Shown here piece after piece: positions 54,773-62,432 of a stretch of DNA of 64,000 bases. The stretch covers positions 385,880-449,879 of the forward strand of contig CAVQXT010000003.1 in the NCBI GenBank assembly GCA_963717945.1, in the 5' to 3' direction. The stretch is from an uncultured Acidobacteriota bacterium (lineage in GTDB: Bacteria; Acidobacteriota; Vicinamibacteria; Vicinamibacterales; Fen-181). Position numbers and translations under genes: made by a program. The notes beneath the pieces were generated by a model. The model ran no database searches. It worked only from the letters and a program-made list of their open reading frames with translations, and was not told where the DNA came from. Numbering within the stretch: the stretch's first letter is position 1; each line of letters begins with the position of its first letter.

Positions 54773-54836
54773 TTTCCGCCTCCGCGCGAAGCGCTACGGC
54801 GGATCCGCCGTAGCCGGGCGAAGGCGGACAGGGCCG
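54773..54836 (+). repeat. 64-bp structured intergenic repeat, copy 2
   Basis: Identical to the reverse complement of 45126-45189. It begins 14 nt after the aqpZ stop and has the same sense relative to the upstream gene as copy 1. Confidence 0.85.
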
Positions 54837-54854
54837 ACGCCGGCGTGTTCGCCG

Positions 54855-55637
54855 ATGACCATGCAGTTGTTCTTGCCGTTCAGGAAGCCTGAGGCGCCGC
54901 GCGCGGCCGAGCCCGCGCGCGACGTGATCACCGCCGGGCGCCGCGTGTGGACGGTCACTTACGTGAGGCACCCCCGCGCGCGCAATTACGTCTTGCGCGT
55001 CGCGGAGGACGGCAGCCTCAGGGTGACGATCCCGCGCGGCGGCTCGCGGAAAGAAGCGGAGCGGTTCGCGCGGCACAAGGCGGACTGGATCGAGCGCGAG
55101 CGGTACCGGCGAGAGATCGAACGCGGGCGCCACGGCCGGTGGGAGGACGGGCGCCCGGTGATGCTCCGCGGCGAGGCGGTGCGCCTGGAGGTGGACCCGG
55201 TCGGGCGATGGGCGCGGCTGGGCGAGGAGCGAGTCGCGCTCGGCGGGGGTGGGCCCGCCTCGCTGTCTGCGTCGGTGACGCGTCATCTCCGCGGTGTGGC
55301 GGCGCGGGAACTGCCGGCGAGGCTGCTGGAGCTGGCGGCCTCGCTCGGACACGAGGTCACCGGGGTGACGGTCCGGGACCAGCGGAGCCGGTGGGGCTCC
55401 TGCTCCCCGAGCGGCCGCATCTCGCTCAACTGGAGGCTCGTCCAGGCCCCTCCCTCCGTGCGCGACTACGTGCTGCTCCACGAATTGACACACCTGGCCG
55501 TCGGCAATCACTCCGGCCGGTTCTGGAAGAAGCTCGAGGCGGTGTGCCCGTGGCACCGCGAGGCGCGCGCCTGGCTCCGCGCGAGTGACCTGGCCGGGGG
55601 GACGGGCAGGGATTTGGAACTGCCGTCCGCATGGTAA
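54855..55637 (+). CDS. YgjP-like (DUF45/M48-type) zinc metalloprotease
   Basis: In-frame tail of ORF 54096-55637 from the ATG at 54855. Contains ...RSRWGSCSPSGRISLNWRLVQAPPSVRDYVLLHELTHLAVGNHSGRFW, with the HExxH motif in its typical context. Confidence 0.8.
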   Translation: MTMQLFLPFRKPEAPRAAEPARDVITAGRRVWTVTYVRHPRARNYVLRVAEDGSLRVTIPRGGSRKEAERFARHKADWIERERYRREIERGRHGRWEDGRPVMLRGEAVRLEVDPVGRWARLGEERVALGGGGPASLSASVTRHLRGVAARELPARLLELAASLGHEVTGVTVRDQRSRWGSCSPSGRISLNWRLVQAPPSVRDYVLLHELTHLAVGNHSGRFWKKLEAVCPWHREARAWLRASDLAGGTGRDLELPSAW

Positions 55638-56785
55638 GCCGTGAATTGGCCGTCCCGGATTTCCAGCAGCGTCGCCCGCCCGCCGAATGCCTCCTCGAGC
55701 ATGCCCGTGTCGAGAAGGAAGACGCGATCCCCGAAGCGAACCGTCACGTCGGTCTTCGATACGACGGTGTGGCCGAGGACGATGTACCGGGCCTGGAGGC
55801 GCTCGAGCATCGCTTTCACCGCATCGATGAGCCCTTCTTCCGGTGCCTCGGCCAGGCCGCGGTACCAAAGCGGGCCTTCAGGCGAGGCCGCCATCCAGCG
55901 CTGGTAGCCCAGCAGCTTCAGCGCCGCGCGGTCCCCGGCCGGCGTCGACGTCTCTCCGCCCGCCTGTAGCCACTTCAGCTCCTCCTCCGCGAACCGGACT
56001 CCCTCGGCGAGCGTCATGTACCGCCAGACCACCTTGCTGTCGACGAGCGTGCTCCAGATCGAGTCGAACGCCGCCAGTTCCGCGCGCACCCGGTCGTCCA
56101 GTTCCCGGACGCTTCCCAATTCGAGCGTCGGATTCAGGCCGCCATGCAGGAACAGGCCGTCGTCGATCTGGACGACCGCGTGGTGCGCGCGGATCCACCG
56201 CCCGTACTTGCCGGCCGGTCCGAACCCGTCGCGGTACTCGACGAAGCCCGGCGGATGCTGGTCCATCCAGGCCTGGCGGGTGGTTTCATCGGGAGGCGGA
56301 ACCGCCGGGTGGGAGCGGCCATCGTGGGCCGCCAGGAACCCGAGGTAGTCGCGGAACGCCTGCTCGCGCCGCTTCTCGGAGGTTCCGGTGACAAAGGTGC
56401 GGTAGATCTCCGGCGTTACGTACCGCAGGTCGCCCATCACGTTCATGACTTCGTGGTTCCCGAGAAGCGGTATCACCTTGCCGCCCGCTTTCGGGGCCTG
56501 GCGTTCGAGCGACATCAGCAGGTCGAGGCACTCGCGCGACCGGGCGCCCCGATCGATCACGTCGCCCAGCTGCACCAGCGTGGTCGAGCCGCCGGTCCAC
56601 TTGAGGTTGCCGTCGATGAGCCGTGTGCGCTGCAGCAATGCCACCAGTTCCGTGTAGGCGCCGTGCACGTCCGGCACGACGACCACGCGCGCGGGAGCAG
56701 GGGGCGCCGCGTGCAGCGTGAGGAGCAGCGCGGCGAGGAGGCAGGCCGGGAGGGTCTGCCGTGCCAGCTGGTGACGGGTCTTCAT
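55508..56785 (-). CDS. secreted calcineurin-like metallophosphoesterase
   Basis: Signal peptide, then VVVPDVHGAY...QLGDVIDRG...LLGNHEV metallophosphoesterase motifs. The last ~40 codons overlap the convergent gene and look low-complexity, so the true end is uncertain. Confidence 0.8.
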   Translation of the reverse strand: MKTRHQLARQTLPACLLAALLLTLHAAPPAPARVVVVPDVHGAYTELVALLQRTRLIDGNLKWTGGSTTLVQLGDVIDRGARSRECLDLLMSLERQAPKAGGKVIPLLGNHEVMNVMGDLRYVTPEIYRTFVTGTSEKRREQAFRDYLGFLAAHDGRSHPAVPPPDETTRQAWMDQHPPGFVEYRDGFGPAGKYGRWIRAHHAVVQIDDGLFLHGGLNPTLELGSVRELDDRVRAELAAFDSIWSTLVDSKVVWRYMTLAEGVRFAEEELKWLQAGGETSTPAGDRAALKLLGYQRWMAASPEGPLWYRGLAEAPEEGLIDAVKAMLERLQARYIVLGHTVVSKTDVTVRFGDRVFLLDTGMLEEAFGGRATLLEIRDGQFTAYHADGSSKSLPVPPARSLARSQARASRCHGHTASSFFQNRPE

Positions 56786-56856
56786 ACTCCACCGACTCTA
56801 TCAGGCACGCCGCCAGGCCCGATCCGGGCTGACACCAACCGCCGGGTCTCGGCCGT

Positions 56857-58101
56857 TCACATGCCCGAGGCGGCGACGCAGGACTTGTCGAACGCGCGCT
56901 GGATGCGCCGCGGGTCGCCGACGAGTGCAAGGAACTCGTTGAGGTATTTCCTGGCGTCCTGGCGAGTTCCCTGCGTGAGATCCGGGACGGCGTCGACAAG
57001 CGCCAGCAGGTCCGGCCCCTTCGCGCGAAGCGTCGCCAGAAAAGGCTCGAACTCCTTGGCGGCGCGGCACGGCCCCCGGTACAGGCGGTCGCGGACCGAG
57101 TAGATCCCGAGCCGTTTGTCCGTCAAGGCGTACCGGGTGTTGACCAGCCCGGAGTAGTCGAAGTCGTAGCCGATCGGGTAGAGCGTCCCGCCGCGGTCCG
57201 ACACGATCTTGACGTTGTGCAACGCCAGGATCGAGTAGTCCGTGTTGCCGATCATGAATTCCACGAGCGACATCCAGGTGAGCGTGTCCTGGTCGAGCAA
57301 CTTGAACGTCCGATTGGGAAGCGCGGCGACCCGCCCCTCGAGCCGCCGGGCGAGCTCGTCGTCGTGCTCGACGAGAATCCCGTATCGGGGGACCGGTGTC
57401 CTCTTCCTCGCCGAGTCGACATAGGTCGCCCTGACCAGGCGTGTCCTGAATGACTTCGGGGTCAAGGCGGCGTAGAGCCGGTAGGCCAGGTACTCGCTCA
57501 GCACGTACTGCTCGTAGTACTTCTCGTTCTCGCAATGGGTCACCAGCTTCAGCTCGCGCTGGCCGTCGAGGACCGTGCCCGACACGTCCTTCTTCGAGAA
57601 CTCGAGCCGGAGCGGGACCACCGAGCACACCCGCACGTTCCGGCGGGCGTGGCCGCGCGCGCTGAGCTGCACCGGGATCGAGACGGTCCTGCCGCCTTCC
57701 CCCTGCAGTCGCATCTCGCCCGGGAAGCGCCTGGTGCTGTTCTCGTCGCGCTCCCCGTTGATCGCGGTGAAGTCCGCGGTGAGCGTGAAGGCGAGCGGCT
57801 CGTCGCTCCCGAACAGCGGCCGGTTCTCGGCCTCGGCGCGGCTCGACGCCAGCTTCTCGGCGTCGGGCCACGGCTCGTTGAACTTGGCGAACGGGTCCTT
57901 TTTGGCGGGCGTCGTCGCGGCGGGCTTTTGCCCGGCCTGCTCCGAGAATCCCGGTTCGAGACCGGACGCCGCCGGCCCCGGCGTCGCGCGCGACGCGGCG
58001 GATGCCGCCGGGCTCGCGATCGCGGGGAACACGAGGCCAACGAGCGCGGCGACCACGCTCCCGGCCGCGAGCCGACGAACGGAGGCCGATCGACCCGCCA
58101 T
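56857..58101 (-). CDS. secreted conserved hypothetical protein
   Basis: The ATG at 58101 gives the signal peptide MAGRSASVRRLAAGSVVAALVGLVFPAIA. A low-complexity linker is followed by a well-composed ~300-aa domain (...HCENEKYYEQYVLSEYLAYRLY...FMIGNTDYSILALHNVKIV...). The family is not recognised. The ORF opens at 58158. Confidence 0.7.
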   Translation of the reverse strand: MAGRSASVRRLAAGSVVAALVGLVFPAIASPAASAASRATPGPAASGLEPGFSEQAGQKPAATTPAKKDPFAKFNEPWPDAEKLASSRAEAENRPLFGSDEPLAFTLTADFTAINGERDENSTRRFPGEMRLQGEGGRTVSIPVQLSARGHARRNVRVCSVVPLRLEFSKKDVSGTVLDGQRELKLVTHCENEKYYEQYVLSEYLAYRLYAALTPKSFRTRLVRATYVDSARKRTPVPRYGILVEHDDELARRLEGRVAALPNRTFKLLDQDTLTWMSLVEFMIGNTDYSILALHNVKIVSDRGGTLYPIGYDFDYSGLVNTRYALTDKRLGIYSVRDRLYRGPCRAAKEFEPFLATLRAKGPDLLALVDAVPDLTQGTRQDARKYLNEFLALVGDPRRIQRAFDKSCVAASGM

Positions 58102-58239
58102 CGCCATACTCCCTGATGATGATGACATCACCGTATGCCCGACGGGAGGTGAAGTCAACAGAGGTGCAGTCGGCCGGCGGCACGGCGTGGCGGGTGCGCT
58201 ACAATACCGGCGCGCCCAACGGTTGGGGCAGGAGTTCCC

Positions 58240-59031
58240 ATGGCTGCTCGATCAGGTCGCCCACCCGGGAAGCCCGCGCCCAGGCGGGTCCGCGACCTGC
58301 TGCAACGGCACGAGAAGACGCGCGGGCTGCTCGTCGCGTTCGAAGGGCCTGACGGCTCCGGCAAGACGACGCAGCGCAAGCTTTTCGCGCGGTGGCTCGA
58401 GAGCGAGGGCCACGCCGTGCTCATTACCAAGGGCGGGGCGTCTCCGCTCATCAAGCCGCTGCTCGAGGCGCGTCGAAAGGCGCACGCCCTCAGCCCCGAA
58501 GAGCTCTGCCTGCTCCAGGCCGCCGACTTCCGGCATCGGCTCGAGCAGGAGATCCTCCCCGCGCTGTGGAGCGGCCAGGTGGTGATCGCCGACCGGTACC
58601 TCTTCACCGGCCTCGCGCGCGACGCGGCCCGCGGCCTGGATCTCGACTGGGTGCTCCACGCGTACTCTCCGCTGTTCTGGCCCGACATCGTCTTCAACTT
58701 CACGGTGTCGCTCGACACGTCCACCAGTCGCGTCGCGTCCGCCCGCGCGCCGAAGTTCTACGACGCCGGCCAGGACGTGACCCACCTCCAGGACCCCATC
58801 AGCAGCTACCGGGCGTTCGCCTCGCGGGTGATGCGCGAGTACGAGAACCTGGCCGTGATCTTCCGGTTCGTCAACGTGGACGGCGAGCGGCCGATCTACG
58901 AACAGCACAAGCGCATCCGCCGGCTGTTCCAGGAGGGGCGGCGAACCGTGTGGGGCGAGTGGAACATCGAAGCGCTGACCGAGTGGCTCGACTGGGCCGC
59001 CGCGGTCCCGGAGGTGGGGCGTGAGTCGTAA
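58240..59031 (+). CDS. thymidylate-kinase-family protein with intact P-loop
   Basis: LLVAFEGPDGSGKTTQRKLFARWLESEGHAV (P-loop), LLQAADFRHRLEQEILPAL, and ADRYLFTG (DRY motif). An extra C-terminal region of about 60 aa is present. Confidence 0.75.
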   Translation: MAARSGRPPGKPAPRRVRDLLQRHEKTRGLLVAFEGPDGSGKTTQRKLFARWLESEGHAVLITKGGASPLIKPLLEARRKAHALSPEELCLLQAADFRHRLEQEILPALWSGQVVIADRYLFTGLARDAARGLDLDWVLHAYSPLFWPDIVFNFTVSLDTSTSRVASARAPKFYDAGQDVTHLQDPISSYRAFASRVMREYENLAVIFRFVNVDGERPIYEQHKRIRRLFQEGRRTVWGEWNIEALTEWLDWAAAVPEVGRES

Positions 59032-59590
59032 GGACCAGGCCTCGGGGCGGCTGATCGCCGTCGAGGGCACGCGGGGCGCCGACCTGCGCAAGGCGGCGAA
59101 AGCGCTCCGCCGGCGCCTGGTGTCGCGCAAGGTCCGTGTCGGGATCAGCTGGTGGGACGCGTCGGGAGCCTTCTTCGAGATGGGGCTGGGCAAGCGGAAG
59201 CACCGGGTGGCCTCGCCGCGCACGCTCATGCTGCTCTACGCCGCCGACCTGCTGTTCCGGCTGCGGTGGGAGATTCGCCCGGCTCTCGCGGAGGGCGGCA
59301 CCGTGATTGCGGCTCCCTACCTCGAGACCGCGGTCGCGCTCGGCCGCGCGTGCGGGCTGTCGCGGAACTGGCTGGCGTCGCTGTTCAGCTTCGCGCCGCC
59401 GCCCGACGTCTGCCGTCGCATCGAGGAGCGCAGGAAGGCCGCGGGCTGGAAGGGCAATGCGCAGGCCGGGTTCGCCGAGTTCTCGAGCGCGGCGCTGGAC
59501 GCGGGGTCGCCGTCGTTCGAACCGGTCCGCCTGCGCCGGGAGACGATCGCGCTCCTCGACAAGTCTGCCAGGCGCGGGCGCGTCACCTGA
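59021..59590 (+). CDS. thymidylate-kinase-like paralogue with degenerate P-loop (pseudokinase-like)
   Basis: The GTG start overlaps the upstream gene by 11 nt. RLIAVEGTRGADLRKAAKAL replaces GxxGxGKT. LLYAADLLFRLRWEIRPAL...VIAAPYLETA parallels the Tmk fold, but DRY is replaced by APY. Confidence 0.6.
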   Translation: MSRKDQASGRLIAVEGTRGADLRKAAKALRRRLVSRKVRVGISWWDASGAFFEMGLGKRKHRVASPRTLMLLYAADLLFRLRWEIRPALAEGGTVIAAPYLETAVALGRACGLSRNWLASLFSFAPPPDVCRRIEERRKAAGWKGNAQAGFAEFSSAALDAGSPSFEPVRLRRETIALLDKSARRGRVT

Positions 59591-60434
59591 CGGGCCTGGC
59601 GCGCCCAGGGGCCGGTCCGCCCGCCAGGCGGCGGAAGACGCGGTCCATCTGCCCGAGGCATCGGGGGTCGTGAACGACCACCGCAACCTCGCGCCTGAAG
59701 TCCAGGCTCAGCGCCGAGAGCGACAGGCTGCCGAGGGCGCCGATCTTCCCGTCGACGAGCAGCATCTTTCCGTGCGGGATGTACTGCCCGAGCCCCTCCC
59801 GGCCCAGCACCGTCACCTCCACGCCCTCCGCCCGCTTCGTCTTCAACAACTGCAGGATGGCGGGGTCGGTCACCTTCGGATCGACGATCCGGATGCTGCG
59901 CCGCGCCTGGTCGAGCAGCCGCGTCAACGCGCGGCGGGCGTGCTCGGGCCCGACGATGAGCCGGCTGCCGAGGCGGGAGGGCGGCGACGAACCCGCGCCG
60001 CGGGAATCGGCCGCGAACAGCCGCCGCAATCCCGCGACCACCGCCGGGTCGTGGGTGGTCAGCAGAAAGTCGCAGGTGCTGGTGAAGCACCGCCGGGTGA
60101 AGTTCAACGACGCGACGAGCGCCGGGCCGTCGTCGGCGACGAGGTACTTCGCGTGGTACTTGACGACCGGATCGGCAAAGCGGTACAGCGACGCGCCCAT
60201 GCTCTCGAGGACGCCCCACAGCTCGTCGAGGCGCTTGGTCCCCCCCTTGGCCCGCGGCGTGACCAGCACCGACACGTCCACGCCGCGCTTGAGCGCCGCC
60301 CCGATCGCGTCCAGGATCCGGAAATCGTCGCATCGGAAGAGCGACAGGACCAGCCGTTCCCGCGCCCCGCCCATGACGCGGAGCACCGAGGACGCCCGCT
60401 GGTTCGCGGTGAAGACGAAGCGCTCGGCCTGCAT
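59583..60434 (-). CDS. phospholipase D-family protein with two HKD motifs
   Basis: In-frame tail of ORF 59583-62315 from the ATG at 60434. The HKD motifs are YHAKYLVADD and PHGKMLLVDG. There is no TM helix or signal peptide. The start lies 2 nt after the ABC gene stop. Confidence 0.85.
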   Translation of the reverse strand: MQAERFVFTANQRASSVLRVMGGARERLVLSLFRCDDFRILDAIGAALKRGVDVSVLVTPRAKGGTKRLDELWGVLESMGASLYRFADPVVKYHAKYLVADDGPALVASLNFTRRCFTSTCDFLLTTHDPAVVAGLRRLFAADSRGAGSSPPSRLGSRLIVGPEHARRALTRLLDQARRSIRIVDPKVTDPAILQLLKTKRAEGVEVTVLGREGLGQYIPHGKMLLVDGKIGALGSLSLSALSLDFRREVAVVVHDPRCLGQMDRVFRRLAGGPAPGRARPVR

Positions 60435-60436
60435 GA

Positions 60437-62161
60437 TCAACTCCCGGAGTCGAAGACGGTCCATCCCTTCTCGAGCTCGACCTGCATGTCGCAGACCGCC
60501 AGCGTGTCGAGCCGGTGGGCGATCATGAACGTCGTCCGGCCCTGCATGAGCCGCTGCATCGCCTCCAGGATGATCGCCTCGGTCTTCACGTCCACCGAGC
60601 TGGTCGGCTCGTCGAGGATGAGGATGGGCGCGTCTTTCAGGAAGGCGCGGGCGAGCGAGATGCGCTGGCGCTCGCCGCCCGACAGGCGCATGCCGCGCTC
60701 GCCGACCGGCGTGTCGAATCCGGCGGGCAGCGCGGTGATGAAATCGTACGCGTTGGCCAGGCGCGCCGCCTCGTACACCTCGTCGCGGCTCGCGCCCTCC
60801 CGGCCGTAGGCGATGTTCTCGGCGATGCTCGTCGAGAAGAGCAGCTGGTCCTGCAGCACGAGCGCGAACTGGCGGCGCAGATCCGCGAGGTGGTAGTCGG
60901 GCAGGTCCACGCCGTCCAGCCGGATGACGCCGCTGGTCGGGTCGTAGAATCGCATCAGCAGGCCCATCAGCGTGCTCTTGCCGGCGCCGGTCATGCCCCG
61001 GATGCCGACCCTGGTTCCGGGCGGCGCCGCGAACGAGATGCGGTGCAGCACGGGACGGTCCGAGTCGTAGGCGAACGACACGTCGAGGAACAGGAGGTCG
61101 CCGCGCGCGCGCCCGATGCGTACCGCGTCGCGGCGCTCGGCGACCTCGGGCAACTCGTCGAGCAACGCGAAGGCGCGGTCCGCGCTGGCGAGGGCCGCCT
61201 GCAGGTCGGCGGTCTTCTTGCTGAGCGTCTTGAGCGGCTTGTAGATCTGCTGCAGATACGCCATCACGAGCAGCAGGTTGCCGAGCGAGAGGCTGCCGGC
61301 CCGTACCTGCTGCACGCCGATCAGCAGCGCGGCGGCGCTGCCCGCCGCCATCGCCACGCCGACGAAGACGTCGAAGGCCCCCTGCAGCGCGGCCACGTCG
61401 ACCTCTCGCCGAACGCGAGTGTTGGATTGTTCCAGGAATCGGTCGTGCTCGCGGTCCTCCCGGCCGAACGCCTTGACGACGCGCACCGACGCGAGCACCT
61501 CCTGCACGACGCCCATCGCCGAGCTGTCCAGCTTCTTGATTTCCTTCCAGCGTCTCCTCAGGCGCGGCCCGAACGTGCGGACGAGCACGAACAGGACGGG
61601 GCTGACCGACAGCGCCACGGCGGCCAGGCGCCAGTCGATGCGCACGGTGACGTAGATCATCGCCACCAGTGTGACCGCGGCGCCGCACAGCGGGATGAGG
61701 CCGTCGATGAGGACACGCTGGATGGACGGGGCGTCGTACTGGATGCGGTAGGTGGAGTCCGACGTGCCGCGCGTGTCGTGGTAGGAGAGCGACAGGCGCT
61801 GCACGTGACGGAACAGCCGGGAGCGGAAATCCTGCGAGAGCTTCTCGCCCGTATACGTCTGGAGCAGCCCCGTCGTCAGTTCCTGCAGCGAGCCGAGGAG
61901 CGCGGTCGCGAGCATGAGGCCGGCGGCCACCGTCAGGAGCGCCGTCGGCGACGCCACGATGTGGCCCGGGAGCAAGGCGTTGAGCCAGGCCGGGAGCGGC
62001 TTGGAGCCGATCACGGTGTCCACGGCGATCTTCAGCGGGAGGGGCACGAGCAGGGCGAGCGGCGTCGACAGCAGTTGCAGGAGGAGGATGCCGGCGATAT
62101 GCCCCCAGTAAGGCCGTGCATACGCCCCGAGCCGGCGGTAGAGCGCCAGGTGCGCCGCCAT
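60437..62161 (-). CDS. ABC exporter, fused permease/ATPase (MsbA-like type I exporter)
   Basis: 574 aa with six N-terminal TM helices. Walker A is GMTGAGKST, the signature is LSGGERQRISLARA, and Walker B is ILILDEPTS. Confidence 0.92.
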   Translation of the reverse strand: MAAHLALYRRLGAYARPYWGHIAGILLLQLLSTPLALLVPLPLKIAVDTVIGSKPLPAWLNALLPGHIVASPTALLTVAAGLMLATALLGSLQELTTGLLQTYTGEKLSQDFRSRLFRHVQRLSLSYHDTRGTSDSTYRIQYDAPSIQRVLIDGLIPLCGAAVTLVAMIYVTVRIDWRLAAVALSVSPVLFVLVRTFGPRLRRRWKEIKKLDSSAMGVVQEVLASVRVVKAFGREDREHDRFLEQSNTRVRREVDVAALQGAFDVFVGVAMAAGSAAALLIGVQQVRAGSLSLGNLLLVMAYLQQIYKPLKTLSKKTADLQAALASADRAFALLDELPEVAERRDAVRIGRARGDLLFLDVSFAYDSDRPVLHRISFAAPPGTRVGIRGMTGAGKSTLMGLLMRFYDPTSGVIRLDGVDLPDYHLADLRRQFALVLQDQLLFSTSIAENIAYGREGASRDEVYEAARLANAYDFITALPAGFDTPVGERGMRLSGGERQRISLARAFLKDAPILILDEPTSSVDVKTEAIILEAMQRLMQGRTTFMIAHRLDTLAVCDMQVELEKGWTVFDSGS

Positions 62162-62337
62162 CGTTCCTCCGTCCGCGGAGCCATTCGCGCGTGGGCGCGC
62201 TCACCTCCGCCGCCGCACGCGGAGAGACGGCGACCATTCTACTCGCGTCCACGGACAATTCCACCGCGGTTGACCCCCTCTCGATCCATTCGGTAAACTC
62301 GCGAGACGCACTCACGCCAGTAGAGTTGCCGCAATCA

Positions 62338-62411
62338 GGGGTCGGATCGGTTTTCCCGACTTACAAGTCCGGGCTTTCAATATTGTCATCCGGGAAAACC
62401 GCTCCGACCCC
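62338..62411. repeat. 21-bp imperfect inverted repeat flanking a 32-nt A/T-richer loop, upstream of the aconitase gene
   Basis: GGGGTCGGATCGGTTTTCCCG (62338-62358) against CGGGAAAACCGCTCCGACCCC (62391-62411) gives 20 of 21 complementary positions. Pairing is extendable by 2-3 bp on the outside. Confidence 0.75.
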
Positions 62412-62432
62412 TGGGGCCGCACGGAGGAATCA

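Noticed and set aside
45126-54836. Interpreting the two 64-bp inverted copies as terminal inverted repeats of a transposon carrying the conduit genes.
   Set aside because: No transposase, integrase or visible target-site duplication is present. Both copies sit in terminator-like positions in the same sense relative to the upstream gene, which fits a REP-like element better.
54096-54854. N-terminal 253 codons of ORF 54096-55637.
   Set aside because: This part overlaps aqpZ out of frame and crosses the 64-bp repeat. The YgjP-like protein starts plausibly at ATG 54855.
55508-55637. 130-bp convergent overlap of the YgjP-like and metallophosphoesterase genes as a functional antisense arrangement.
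   Set aside because: Both C-terminal tails in the overlap are low-complexity and extend beyond the recognisable domains. This is most likely chance absence of stop codons in G+C-rich DNA. True ends cannot be set from sequence alone.
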